63,795 bases of DNA, filler included, from Nemertoderma westbladi (GCA_032718475.1; 5 parts of 5 records of this genome joined end to end with filler, not necessarily neighbours in it), one strand, 5' to 3'; shown: positions 12,945-27,210, counted from the whole stretch's first letter. Notes: generated by a model from the sequence alone, not told the origin. Numbers and translations are program-made.

Positions 12945-13044
12945 NNNNNNNNNNNNNNNNNNNNNNNNNNNNNNNNNNNNNNNNNNNNTTAATTAATTAA
13001 NNNNNNNNNNNNNNNNNNNNNNNNNNNNNNNNNNNNNNNNNNNN
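12945..13044. other. Artificial assembly linker (N44-TTAATTAATTAA-N44)
   Basis: 100 bp, with a core carrying stops in all six frames. Confidence 0.97.
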
Positions 13045-14958
13045 GGGCGGACGAGGGACAACGGGCGACAAATTATGAATAATTCGCTCGGGGTCCAGGA
13101 CCTGAACTGTATCCGGGGCAGTTCTACGGGGCACAGGTAGCTTAGTGCTATGCAAAGGGAATTTAGAGGTAGTCTCAGGGAGCACAGGTATGTCTATCAC
13201 CGAAGGGGTGATTTCAAGAACAGGCCTAATTATTTCAGGCTCATCTACTATAGTAGGGAGTCTTTCTATTTTAATTATTTGGTCTGTGGGCTCTGTACTA
13301 CCTAAGTTGGTGTTATTTAGTTGCCTTCTAACAGCTGGAGGCAAATCAGGCAATTTCTGACGGTGGAATGTTCTTTTACGTCTGCTTAGGCGAGGTCGAT
13401 TTCCTCCGCCTTCAGTGTCGGTGGTATCGCCTTCCTCAGATGATGTATACCCCTGTCTCTTGGGAGTAGATCGACTCATCATCTGCATATTGCTCGCTGT
13501 TAACTGTTTATTGAAGTTGTCTTGCTTCTCTTGAAGAATTTCCAACTCTAGTTGGGTTGCCTCTTCAGATGCCCTCCGTTCTGCATCTACCACTGCCTCT
13601 GCTGTTGCCAGTGCTGCCTTTCTTTCTGCTTCGGCCGCTGCCTTTGTTGCTGCTACTGCCGCCTTTGCCTCTGCCGCTGCCACTGCCGCTGCCACTGCCG
13701 CTTTTGTTTCTGCCGCTGCCACTGCCGCTGCCGCTTTTGTTTCTGCTTCTGCAGCTGCCACTGCTGCTGCTACTGCCGCTGCCTTTCTGTCTTCTATACG
13801 TTTTTTCTTTACTTGTTCTTCCTGGACCTTAACGACGCGGAGTTGTTCATCGAATTTAGCTTGATTAGCCGCTAACCTATCCACGTCGATGGCGTCAAGC
13901 ACACGCTGTGCTCCTTCACTATTAGGGCTAAGTCCCTCTAGTCTTCTCCGCAACTCTTCATCACCTACAAAACGTTGATAGTCTGACAGATAGATGTCAA
14001 TGGCATCTCTCTTATGTGGTTTCTCTGCCGTCGCTTCACTTTCCACTTGGGAAAAAGTGGCGTCCGTCGATTCTCCATGGGTTGAGCGCTCCTCCAACTG
14101 AGCTTTCCACTGAGCTGCTCCTTGAACCTGGCGACTCACCCGTTGAAACCAAGTTTTTACGGCAACTTGCAACGACGTGTCTTGTTTTCTTTTAGAAGCC
14201 TCCTCAAAGGCGGATAAGATTAGCCTAATCCGCAGAACTCTTTCTCTAACTTGATAAAGCAGCGATCCCTGCTCTTGAGGTCCTTGAGGTTGTTGAAACA
14301 GTTGTCTCTCTACTCGCTCCATAGAGCTGAAGAATCCCTGTGCGTATCCGGCTGCGGACCTCTTCCATACAGCTGGATCGATGGTTTCCTTGGCTACTCC
14401 CATCCGGTGTATGTCTTCCCAGGCAGCTTCTGATAAATCAAACGGGAGTCCGGGTCCGGGGAAGTTCCATTGCGACTCGACAATAGACTTCAGTTCTTCA
14501 CTAGTGTATCCCGCGTAGTTATCTCTAGTTGACCGTTGACTTCTCGCCCAATCGATCTGGTGTTCTTCCACCGCGATCAATAACCCAGCGAGCACGGCTG
14601 CAGGAAGGATGAGAAGGGGATCCGTATAAACCGCATCCGTCATCTCTGCTCCGCGCTCGGGTGTCAGCTCTACAGTATCCTCACTACTGGAGCTGCTGGG
14701 CCGCTGAGGAATAAGTTCTTGACTAGCGGGTTGTTGCTGTTCCGCTGCCCTTTGGTCCCGCTTGACCTGAGCTCGAGTGCCTATGATAGACCTACGATGT
14801 TGGACCAGCCTAGGTTCTGTTATTACTACTGGAGGGATGACCTTCCTCACAGTGGGAGGTGAACTGGATTTACGACCAGACTGTTGTACTTCTCTATCTG
14901 AGTCGCAGATAGTTACATCTAATAAACTGTCTGACAGATTCTGCTTAGTATCAGACAT
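13045..14958 (-). CDS. Long ORF truncated by the gap; probable gag-like ORF of an LTR retrotransposon, with an Ala-rich coiled-coil repeat
   Basis: >630 uninterrupted codons, AAAVAAAEAETK repeats, no recognisable host domain; lies ~2.2 kb downstream of an LTR-like repeat on the same strand. Confidence 0.5.
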
Positions 14959-16335
14959 GACTAGGTATGTGCAGTTGAATGCCTACTGCTATATTACAGT
15001 CAAAGCAAGTCTAGTAACTCAGTATGAACTGCTAGCCTAGTAATTAATTACCGTTACTGCTACTCAGTGTAGCGTGATATATATATAATATATTAGAATA
15101 CCGGTATACTTATAGTATATATAACTATATAAGTATTATTACAGACTAGGTTTATCACAGAATACCGGTATAATTTTAGCACAAATATATATAAATATAT
15201 AATAGGCCTATCGGAATACCGGTATACAGCTTACAGTTTGTAGGATATATAATTCTGAAATAGAATTAATTACAAGTACCGGTATAATTTCAGCCTAGAT
15301 TTATAGAAATAAAGATAACAGGCCTATCGTAAATACCGGTATATCAATTATTTCAAATAATTGAATTTCTGTTACTTTAGGGTTACTTTTGTTACTTTAC
15401 TTACTTTATTACCGTTATTTGAGCAGTAGTCCAACTGATATTGAGACCTAATGGTTTTAGGGTAGGCCTACTATTTATAAATCGTTAGATTTGATTTATA
15501 ATATATATATACCCGTTTTAATGGGTTTAGTCAATGTTTGAAATAAATGTTATTATTTCTGGGGTAATCACTACACAAAGCGGTGCGCTTTTAGTGAAGT
15601 GTTACGTATAGGACACTAAAACAAATAATTCTAATTTACCTAAGTTACTTAATACTACAAATTATGTACAATTCGGGTGAGATTACAATCTCTAAATAAA
15701 TGCAAAAATTTACAAAAAACACAAAATACGAATTTTTAGGGTAATTTTACAAGAAGTCTACAAACCAGCCTAACAAAGGGTTAGATAACCGGTTATTACA
15801 ACGGACAGGGTACTACGGTATTTGAAATAATAAGTAGTAGTAAATACACTGCGTTGTCTAGATAGGAAAATACCACCGCCTGACGACCTATAGCCGTATC
15901 GCTATAGGTTCTACGTTATGTATCACGGAGTGTTCCTACCTAGAAGTTAATAGAGCTAATCGAATGTGCCTATCAACCACTTTACAACACAAATATAATG
16001 CCTACACTTACTTTCGGAAAGCACTGTACACTAAACCCTAAATTAGGTACGAGTACTTGTACAACAGATAATCAGTAGTTAAATATACTTGAACAGCTAA
16101 AAGAACCACGGCATCTGCTGGAGTGACCGATGCACAAAATCACCAGTCTTTACCTACGCCAAGCAGCCCGTGTAGTACCGAGGTTAATTTAACTATAGCG
16201 GTATGTATAACAAACACAATTACTGTAGGAACAAACTTGGGGACTTGAATGTTGCGAATAATCGCATAAACTCTGAATAATAAATATTACGCTACGCGTA
16301 CAAACTACTCAAACAAAATACAGACCGAACACTGA

Positions 16336-16847
16336 CAGACTACTATCAAGCCTAAACAAACTACGGTGTATGCAGACTCCGAAATGATTAGGGAGTATGC
16401 GCTCTAACCCAGTAGTGCGACTTATTCTTTAGTTGGGGGTTTACCTTACAGCGTTCGCTGCCCCTACTGCCTAATCGTACTTAATCGGACAGATGATCTA
16501 CACACGCGGCAATCCGCTCAGACCTAATAACAGCCAGACAACTATCCAGCCTACAAATTATTTAAATAAAATTATACGCTACCCGTACAGACTTACACAA
16601 ACAAAGTACAGACTAAACGATGGCAGACTACTCTCAAGCCTAAATAAACCACAGGACATGCAGACTCCGAAATGATTAGGGAGTATGCGCTCTAACCCAG
16701 TAGTGCGACTTATTCTTTAGTTGGGGGTTTACCTTACCGCATTGGCTGCCCCTACTTCCTAACCGTACTTAATCGGACAAGTGCTCTACACACACTGTAA
16801 TCCGTTCAGACTTAACAGCAATCAGACAACAGCTCAGCCTACAAATT
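16336..16847. repeat. Two direct copies (period 288 bp) in the leader of the putative LTR element
   Basis: cagactccgaaatgattagggagt... starts at 16373 and 16661. Confidence 0.9.
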
Positions 16848-17170
16848 GTCTGTACAATCTGATCAGGTTTACACGCCTTCTGTTCAATACTGGCCTACAA
16901 ACAAATAAAACTTGACAGAAATAAGTAAAAATCTCAATAAAAAACCAGGGCTGCAGTCCCTGATTAATTATTAAGGCCTACTGGTATATAATAATCAAAA
17001 TCGAATAATACTGCTGTACCTGTACTGCTGTAGGTACCGGTCCGGGTAGTTAGGTAGTCAGGCCTACTGGTACCGGTTCTGGCAGTTGGGCCTACTGACC
17101 TACAGATGTACCGGTTGACCGGTACTTTCAACTTTATTGCTTACTGCAATAAAGAAGCTATATCCTTTAA

Positions 17171-18037
17171 TGTTCGCGCTTTCAGACCTTTGGCAGTTTA
17201 ACCCACCAAATTAAGATGTCTTCTAGATATTAAATCAGTTTTTAGTCTATGACAAGTATTTGATTCACTACACTAGTCGAAACCAATCCGTGCGCGACCA
17301 TTCACCCGCTGGATATTCCCGGGAGATTGGGTTCGACGGTTTAATTTTATTGCTATGTAAGCCTAATGTATTATTCGACTGACAGTATTATATAATCTCT
17401 GACAATATTATTCACCTTCGGGAATATTAACAGTTCCTTTAGGACGTGGCGCTTTATCTATATAAACAGAGTTATGACTTAAACTACTCACAACGATATG
17501 GCTTAATTATAATTCACATATATGGCGCATTCTTTAGGAATTGCTTCTTTAACAGACTCACTCATACACAATGCTGCACAATACTGCACACTAATCTGCC
17601 AATCTTCACTGATTTTAGTCACATATAAAAGGAACACAGACTGACTCATGTAGGGTCTATCAAATAACATTAGATTCACTTCAAACCACTTTAACATAAG
17701 TCACAATCGTTTATCTGTAACCCTTCTCTCTTACCTTAGGTATATCAAGAATATTGGGTTTCGGGGTTATTTATCGTTATTCCAAATATAATTATTCATC
17801 AACCATATTATGAAGAACTGACGGTAAATAGCAGTATAAAACAACAATGAAAACACTGATTGTTATGAGTTTGCAATGTTTCAGCAGTCAGCATGTATGA
17901 TCAGTCAGCAGTGATTCCATGAGTCAGGTAGTCGTTAGGTTAAAGGATATATGCCCTTTATAATTAAACCTACTAGTGTAAGACTAAAAACAGTAAAGCA
18001 CAAAATACTTCCAAGCCGTTCTTTCTTTGGCTCAGGA
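17171..18037 (-). mobile_element. LTR-like repeat (3' portion), copy 1; probable 5' LTR of the element carrying ORF 13045-14958
   Basis: Inverted homolog of 28847-29686; both copies end sharply at ...GCGCGAACA; AATAAA on the minus strand ~180 bp before that end. Confidence 0.65.
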
Positions 18038-20639
18038 CTGAATGTAAACACTGCACATAGGCATTGCGTCATTTCTCGGAAATTTTCTGTACAAGGAGCC
18101 ACAAAAACGCTCTAATTGGCTGACTGAGCTGAGAGACGCCGTAGAACAAAGGAAATCAACACGTATGAATGTCAGCTGTTAACCGTAGTCATAGTAACTA
18201 CTGTTCAAGAGTAGCTATCACCCCTTTGCGTCACGAATTGCCATAGAATCATAAAATATGCCTTTCACAGTACACATACGGAGGAAATAGGTCTTAGATC
18301 CTCTAAAAACACCGATACAGCAATAATACGGTCTCTTACACTTACAGTATTAAATCAACTACAGAGTATTTTAATGTAAAAGATAATAAAAATAACGGGG
18401 CAATTCAGCAAAGGCTTTTACAAACAACTCCAGCGGCTAGAGGCTCCAAACCAGTAGTGACTTGACATGTTGACCAATAATGAGCAGGATTAAATGTGGC
18501 ACCTATTTTTTGACTCACTAAAAAAAATATTGAAATTTTCACTAAAAATAATGAGATTGTCACTAAATCTAATGTCAAAATCACTAAAAACAATATTCAC
18601 TCATTACATCAGTCATTACTAAATAATTCATTTATCACTAAAATTAATCATTTATTCACTAAATATAATCATTATTTTACTATAAATAATAAATTAACAA
18701 TCACTAAAAAATAGGCCTATCATCACTAAATTGTTTGGCTCGGGACTACATGTACAGTACCTTACATTGTTACGCGATAAGTTCCATGGGGTAGGTACAG
18801 TAACCTGCCGCTCAGTCACTATGGGTGATGGGTTCCAGGAGCACTAGATCAGGTGGTGTTTGTAAAGGAGCATGATTCAGAGGTAGCGTTCAGGGTACAA
18901 AGTCAACAAACGAATGTTAACGTGCTGGTTAGTAAGAGTTCAAATAATAAAAGAGTTACTTTCAGTCCGCGTTTAAGTGTTGCCCTAATACTTTGTTACA
19001 TGTAGGTTCTGCAGCGTTAGGTCCTGAGATTTTAAGGGAAAGGAGCAGGTTACATGTTATTCTAACCAAACAATAAACGAAAGTCAATAGCACATGTAGG
19101 CCTATTAGTTTATTTTTTGCTACAAATAAGTTAAAAATAAAAATACTATTATTAAAATATATAATAAAAATACAATCTAACAACGTAAGACCTAATGACC
19201 AAAGGATCTAATGACACGTTCCCATTTAAAGCTGAAATGGGAACTTCCAATCATTCTCTAAATAGCAAAATTAGTGGAAGGTCACATTTTCTTTACACAA
19301 AACCCACAGCTCGGACAGAATAGTTGAATTTCGCTCAATTGAAAATGAGCGGTGTTTTCCGTTTACTTTTTTTTAAATCGTTTAATAGTCATTTAGTGAT
19401 AGTATAATTATTTTTAGTGAAGGAAATATTTAGTGGTCAAACGATTATTTTTAGGGGTAAATAAATTTGTTGCGGTTTTAATGACGTTTAGATCAATTAA
19501 AGACACATACTGTATATTAAAGTAAAACACTTTAACTAATTAAAACCTATAATGAAATGGGGTCTGGGAATTCCAGGTGTATAATTTTTAAGTATAATTA
19601 TTATTTAAATCTTTTACAACTGTAGAAAATAATTAAACTGTTTTTTTCTACAACTTAATTAACGAATTAGCTGCTTTTATCTTAGCTTCTCGACGGCCAC
19701 ACTAACTGCACCCATTGTACAGTATAATGTAAAATGGCATAATTCGAGATGATTGGGTAGAAAGAATTTAATTGCCTAGCAACCGTGGACAATATATATT
19801 TTAATAATTCCACTTATCTGTCAGTGTTCTGCTATTATAGGTGTACTGTACTTTGGGCTAACGGTACTGCGGTGCGGTAGCGCTAGGTTAGTACCGGTTT
19901 CGAGAGTTATGGTAGAGTACCGTACTTTATTGCTTTACCGTGATACATTTAATTTACTTTACAAATCGAAACGACAAACAGGGATACATAACAACAATTC
20001 CATAACAAAAAAAAAACAATAAGACAAATAACCCCCATATATATCCTGCCGCGGTAACATAAATAATTAAGTAGCACAAGTACTTTATTATTAGGGCCTT
20101 TTACTGTAGGCCTACATAGTTGAAATATTACATAACCAATTTAATCAGTATCACGTACCGGTCAGCCGGTACATTTATTTGTTACCTTACCTTATAGGCC
20201 TATATACCGTTAGGCAGTTAGGTACCTTAATCCTTGCCGTTAATGTGTAAGTTGTACTTGAATTTTGTATTCACTGGGTTTTGGTTGGGTGCCGCGCCGC
20301 CGAAGATCCAATATATCCCTGGCGACATTTTAAGTAGTGATTAACTTGTTATATTATTTAAAAAATATAGGCCTATACGTACAGTCGTACAAGTTCTGGT
20401 ACTTACTGTATGTTGTCTTAGGTGAGGGCGAGTGAGGAGTTTTTGACTGTCTTATTAGCGTTCAATCATTTCCAACGACGACGACAAACGTTCCACTAAT
20501 TATACCGCTACGAAAAGTCTCAGAGAATACGTGGCTCGCCTCACAGTGGTGTTTTATGTAGTGAATCATTGTAGCGTATTAATCGTGTCGTATCGTTTTG
20601 TGTTATGTAAAATATTTCACGTAATTATACTAATTTAAT

Positions 20640-21608
20640 ATGGCAGAGGAAGTCCCTAGTCAGCGGTACTACACGCCATCTGAGGTCGCCCTGCACAACC
20701 ACCTGGACGACTTATGGGTCTCCTACCTAGGGAAAGTCTACAATCTAACCAAATTATCCCTCCAAAACCGGGGAGACCCTTTAATGAAGCCGATATTGGA
20801 AGCGGCTGGGACGGATGTGAGTCATTGGTTCAACCCGAAGACTAAGGATATAAAGACCCAGGTGGACCCGGTTACCGGGTGCATCGTCTACTGCACCCCC
20901 CAGGGTAGGTTCCTTCACGTACCGCCCAACCGGCCGAGCACCAGTTGGGCCAACGACTTTGGTCGTCCTTGGTGGAAGGACGAGCGCTATTCCATCGGGA
21001 CTCTCTCCAAGAAGACTCGTAATATAAAAGTCATCAACACATTGACCTCCACGGATCAGATAATAGAAGTCTGTACGGAAGAGACAATGAAGGAAATACT
21101 AAACAGGTTTCTAGTCCGGGTAGCGTAATGCACTGATAATACGTGACCTATTTAACATCATAATTGATTACCTACTGTATGAGATCTCATTAAATTTAAA
21201 CTGAGATGGTTAGTAAACTGTAATAATTTTTAACCCGATTCAGAATAGTCATTTTCGGTTTCAAACTTTTCGATAAGTTGTTTAAATTGAAAAACGCTTC
21301 TCTCCCCTCCATTGTAGATAGTGGCCAATCCTACTCATTATCGACGTTGTTAGTGGTCTAACATTTTACACGTTGTTATTAACGACAATTCAATGATGTT
21401 ATTGGCTATTTGCAGATACTTGCGTTACAATGCCCACGCCGACAGCTACACATGGAAGTACGAATGCGTCAACCTCAGTATGGATTCCACCCTCACAGAA
21501 AACGGGATTCGAGACGACGACATGGATTTCTATAACCTGAGAATAAACGACGATATATTCCTCCAGGCCATTCATCTTTACTTTAATGACGATCTGACTG
21601 TCTGCTGA
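20640..21608 (+). CDS. CYB5D1: Cytochrome b5 domain-containing protein 1; exons 20640-21106 and 21416-21608, 219 aa
   Basis: [12 protein letters not shown]...[50 protein letters not shown]; phase-2 GT-AG intron joins to NRYLRY. Confidence 0.93.
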
Positions 21609-24600
21609 CAAACATTTCAGAAACATCTGCGGACAGAATATTCATTGTGATACGTTCATAAAGTATATCAGGTGTCACGGGGTGGGGGTCATATTTAAAA
21701 AGCCCTCTAATCTCCCTTGATCGTAGATCGAGCTACATATTTCGCACTATGTAACTATTATTAGCGCGAGGTTTGACCTCTCATGCTATCCGTTGTCCGA
21801 TCACATACCTCGGTCTAATTAGCACAAGATTTAACATTTTTCAGTTGATAAACCAACTTTTTCAATATGGAAATTATGTCGAACTAATTATCGCATAACA
21901 TCATGCTCAATTAGCATGAGATTTAGCACGAGTTTTTTATTTCTTTATATGGCCGCAGAATACCAGGTATTTTTTGGTAAATTTGTTGACCTGCTTTATC
22001 AACGTCTCTTTACCGCAGTTACAGTTTACCTAAGCGGTAAAGCCGCTGTTACTTTCCTTTTATATATGCTACGTTTTTTATTAATCATTTTTATTTGCCG
22101 CATAATTACTATACATAGTAAAATTATACCGTTTAGTGCATTGAATAAAGGTTTATATGTTCTTGTTGGAGGGGTGATTGGACCACCGATACAATAAAAG
22201 GTTTCAGTGTCAATTGGCCACAGAAGGGACTTGACTTTAGCCACCGGACGACCTCCAGAACCCGCTGCTGGTCGGGTCACATGGTCGCCATCGAGTCCAT
22301 GGGGTGTCTGGAAGTGGAGGAGATTGACGAACATCTGAGCTACATATTCCACCCTGTACCATTCGGATGGATCCGCTGTATGACCAGAGTAGTCAGTCAG
22401 ATAGACAGTCTGATACTGTATTTATGGTTATGTGGTGATGTAATCCCACGGGGGACGGGGGACGTCAGTACGCATTGATCATCATGTATTTTCATTTACT
22501 TAAATTTTAATCTGATTTCTCACTATAGAGTAATCGAAATGAACCTTGACACAACGCATTCAAAATGATATTCTCTCAAGGTGAAATCGACGCTAATATA
22601 ACAGCGGTAGAATTGAGCAGAAATATAACTGTAACTTGTTCTATTGACTTTCGTTTATTGTTTTTGGTCTTGGCACGGTAATTATACATTCAGGGAAAGG
22701 AGCAAGATAGAGATGGATGTAATTCTAACCGAAACAATTAACGGGAGCCAATACAACAGGTTACTGTTTCATAATCAGTCAGACACTTAGGCAGTCTCTT
22801 AATTAGATATGTAGTAATTATTTATCCATTGAAAGGCGAAGGGCCGTGAAGTTGGCTGGGCTGGGCATGGATGTTGTAAAAGTTTCAGGCTACCCTAATT
22901 TTGCCTAATTCTCGGCTGCATGGCCTTTTAAAGGGCACCTTGGTTCTTCACGTGGGTGAAGTATGCTGCGTACCCCAATTTGTGTGGGAAAGTTTGTTTG
23001 AACATGTCGACACACCCTTCTCCTTCTGAGCGCGCAGCGATGGGGGGGGGGGATGTTTCCTCAGGCGCACTCACCCAGGGGCGCTCAAATGCCAGGGAAA
23101 AGTCAGGGTAATTCTTGTAAAAATAAGGCAAATCAGTAAAAATGCAGGGATTGTGATACAGTATTTACAGGACATGTGTCATAAGCGAAAATGTGGACAA
23201 ATTTTCTCTGCTCGCTTCGCTCGCAAGTGCACTACTGCTGTATATCAAACTTGTGTGTAATATATTTGATATAGTATTTGATAAAACACGTAATAAATGA
23301 AAAGTTAAATTATTGAAGGGAGGGGGGGGGGGGGCTATTTCAGATTCATTCCCCTGGGCGCCAGAAGGGCTCGCTACGCCTCTGCTGTGTCCGTAATGTG
23401 TGAACAGCCCCATGGTTGTCACAGCTATATGAAACCATGAAGACCGCAATGTCAAGGTCTGGTCTAGCTGTTTATAGGGTTGCCGTCTCCATAGGCTACA
23501 ATGTGTTATATATTTTAGTTGAATGTTGAAAGTGTGATCCGGGCGTACAGCAATGCGTATGGCGATACTTACAGTATCTAGGCTAGAAAGCATGTTTAAA
23601 ATGTTAAAGGCAGGTAAAATTGTAAAATATTTCATGGCTACAAACCTTTGTAGCACTTGTTGCTTTTAAGCAACAGTTATATTATCTGTCTTATCTCATC
23701 ATAAAAACCATCCGCCAGCCCTTTACTGCGCCTTGTAGCTTTATAGTAGGATAATTAATCTAGAAACGCTACGAGGGCAGCGTGAAACGAACCTTCCCGC
23801 TCCAACCTACCAGTACAAAACCGTGACATCTACATCTTATGGAAATAGTTAGAGCCCAAAACTGCGCCGTTTATTAATTGAAAAATCGTTTCTTAGCCCA
23901 TGCTATAAATATGTAGCGCCATCTAGCGGCCCATAGTTGAAATTTGAAATGCCAGGTAGTATGTCAATGTCTGTCTATCGTTAGCGTTAGGCCGTAGACG
24001 AAAACTATCGAAACTGCCAGTAACTGCTGTGTTTAGTGAAAGCAGTACGTCGTAAGTCTTAGTAAACCGTATTCATTGGTCTCGTCCTGCCAGATATGGG
24101 GGGGGGGGGGGGGGGGGGACTATGTGCGCAATAAAAATTCATCACTCTCCAGGGGAAATTCGACTCAAATAACAGCTGATTACTCTAAAAAATAAAACTG
24201 TAACCTGTTCTATTGTGTTTAGTTATTGATTTGGTTAAAATAACGTGCCACACTGTAACCTGCTCTTTTCCATAGATTGAGAAATCAAAAATGAGGCGGG
24301 ATATTAATTCGCCAAATTATTAATCATTATAATTCTCGTTGTGCTCATCCTGTTTTGTATTTAAATATATTTCCTACACGCAGTCCTCATACAGTCATAA
24401 ATTAATTATTTTTCATTAAAATCTCGGTGCGTTAAAAAGGCAGAAAGGGCTGGGCTAAATAAAGAGTGCGAAAAATATTGATGGTGATAGGCTAAATGTT
24501 GATAGGTCAAATGACTGAATGATAAAGTCTGAAACTACAGAAGTGAATACCGACTGACCGGTACGTGGTTGGTACCGGTAGGCTTATTCCATATTTTAAA

Positions 24601-24768
24601 ATTTTGAGACTCCGTATTGCTGCATTACAACATTATAGGCATATTTACTTGTCTCTACTCTGCTACTTTGTCAGTTTATCATTTGTGGAGTCTATTGGCT
24701 ATTCTATATTTATTAAAATATTAAAACTGACATACTCAGATACTTGTGATTGTGATGTGATATAAGTA

Positions 24769-25250
24769 GGGCCGTCCAAGTATGACGTCAGCACTTTAGG
24801 GGGGGGAGGGGGGTTGGGAAAATCTGATGACATGCTGATGATGGGAGGGGAGGGGGTCAGCCAAAATCTGACGTCAGCATGTTCATTTATAGGTGCTAGA
24901 AGAGATATAGCAGAAGAGTAAATAGCTTGCTATTTTAATTGTTCGAAGCCCCCGAAGGCCCCTAGCACAACCTTCTGTTTCAGTTACCAGTCACCATGTT
25001 TCAAGGATTAGGACGCGTGCTACTGGGGTACTGCGGTACTGGGGTTCGCCTGAAATGAAACATCTTCATAATAAAAAAAAATAAAATAAAAAAATTTTTG
25101 TAATAAACTATTAAGTTTATTACAAATTTTTTTTTAATCTGATTTAGGGGGGGGGGGGGGGGGTCAACGCCTATCTGATGACATCTGATTTAGGGGAGGG
25201 AGGGGGTCAACATTTTCGGGAAAAGTGCAGACGTCATACTTGGACGGCCC
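24769..25250. mobile_element. PIF/Harbinger-like MITE
   Basis: TIR gggccgtccaagtatgacgtc at both ends, flanks gta/cta; internal G-runs and an AT palindrome. Confidence 0.75.
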
Positions 25251-25589
25251 CTAAGGACTGCAGTACTGTTGTACTGTGAATGATGATATAGCCATACTGC
25301 CATATACAGATAACCTACTGAGATGATGTTTTGATATTCAGATCTGCAAATGCAGAGATGTTGTGACCGTAAAAAGATTTGCGAACAAAAATACAGGAAT
25401 CAGGGAATAGCGCCGCCTGTCCCCTGCGCCTGCACCCTGTCTGCCCGTACCTGTGACCTGCACTGCGTGTATAATCAACAGAATCTACCCGGACGACTGG
25501 CTGACTGGATGCAGGAAGAACAGAAGAAGAAGAACAGAAGAATTGGATCCAGGGATCAGGGGATAGTCAGATAGTGGTGAAGTGAAACA

Positions 25590-25681
25590 ATGGCAGGACT
25601 GTTTGCGAAACTGTTTAACCCCAAGAAATCGTTTTGTGATGATCTTCTATCTGTATTACACCAAGAACCGAAACACAGAGA
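25590..25681 (+). CDS. FNIP1: Folliculin-interacting protein, coding exon 1
   Basis: MAGLFAKLFNPKK... resembles the FNIP N-terminus MAPTLFQKLF; phase-2 donor GA|gtaggt fits exon 2. Confidence 0.75.
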
Positions 25682-27210
25682 GTAGGTACCGGTATTGTAA
25701 TTGCTGTTTCGGTAGGCCTATCCCACCAAGTTTTATTTTTATACCTAGCAATAAGTGCTGAACTGATTAGGCCGCTAGACCTACCGTAACCGATCTAGAA
25801 CTAGAAAGGCTGAAAGGTGACCCAAACTCAAACATTATTTTTATTGGGTTAAGAATCTCAGGGAATTTGTCTCGTCTGAACTTAATGTCTGAGCTACAAA
25901 ATAATTTAAAAATATGTCCATAATTGTTTGATAAACATACTCTCTCTTCTTTTAAGTTCAGTGCTATGCTATTGTTCTTCTGTTATTACTGTCGATTACA
26001 GATAGCTGGATAGGGGGGGGGGGGGGGGCTGGACGCAATAATAATTCATACCTCTCCACGGGAAATTCGACGCAAATAACAGCTAATCAGTGATCACTCT
26101 CAAAAATAAAACTGTAAAATTTTCTATTGTGTTTAGTTTATTGTTTTGGTTAAAATAACGTACCACTGTAACCTGCTCCTTTCCCTAAATTGGGAATTTA
26201 ACATTGAGGTGGGATATTAATTAGCCGGGGTGGGTTTTGCGTCGAGTTTCCCCCCTCTGTCTCGTCGATTAAGGGTTTTTTTTGGCTGTAATTTAAACAT
26301 TCCACTTTCAGACTTGCCCTTGAGGCCCCTCATACGCGTACCGGCACTGCAGTATTGCTGTGTGTGTACTGACTGTCACTGAAGATTGATGATATCTGCC
26401 ATTATTGATAATATCATCATCATATATGTTTAATTCGGTCAAGCCGACAAATATAAGGGTAGATAGATATTAGCTCTGTACTGCACGTTAAAGAGATACT
26501 TAAACACAATCTATTAATATTAAATAGCATCATAATAATACGAAAGATTAAAATGTTGCTTTGCACAAGTTGGCGAGTAAAGAGGCGGCGCAGCGCCAAC
26601 AACAAGTAAAATGTCTATATAAGTATATAATGTTGAATAAAACTACAAACTGTCGAGTAAATAAAACGTAGGTAAATTAGCTTTCCGTAAGTAAATTCAA
26701 ATAAAATTGTCGAATAAATAAAGTGAAGTAAGGAGAAAGAGCACCACATTAAAATAAAACATACCGTGACTATAGAATTGAGCAAATCAGCTGAGAAAAT
26801 TATGATGTAAGTTAAGTAAAAACGATAATTGGTACATTTAACGTGGTTAAGAGAATACCAGATAACACATGAGATATTACATTAGAGAATATTAGGTATT
26901 AGAATATTGCATCATTGGAGTACAAAGTATGATTATGTTGAAAATAGGCTATTATATATAAGGGTCATAAATTGTTCCATATTATACATGTAAAATTATT
27001 AATTAGCTGTAGGAGGGCACATTGTATGTATTGTTAAATTGTATTTACGGGAAGCAGAGATGAGATTAAAAAAATTTGAAGTACAGAATAGGGAATAAAA
27101 CTGAAGTGAGCGGTGGACATGGACTGGCTGGACAATGGACATATTAATACCGGAAGGGAAGTGTAACTAAATGCTGAAGTAGTCTAGCACAATAATTGTT
27201 ATAATTTCAG

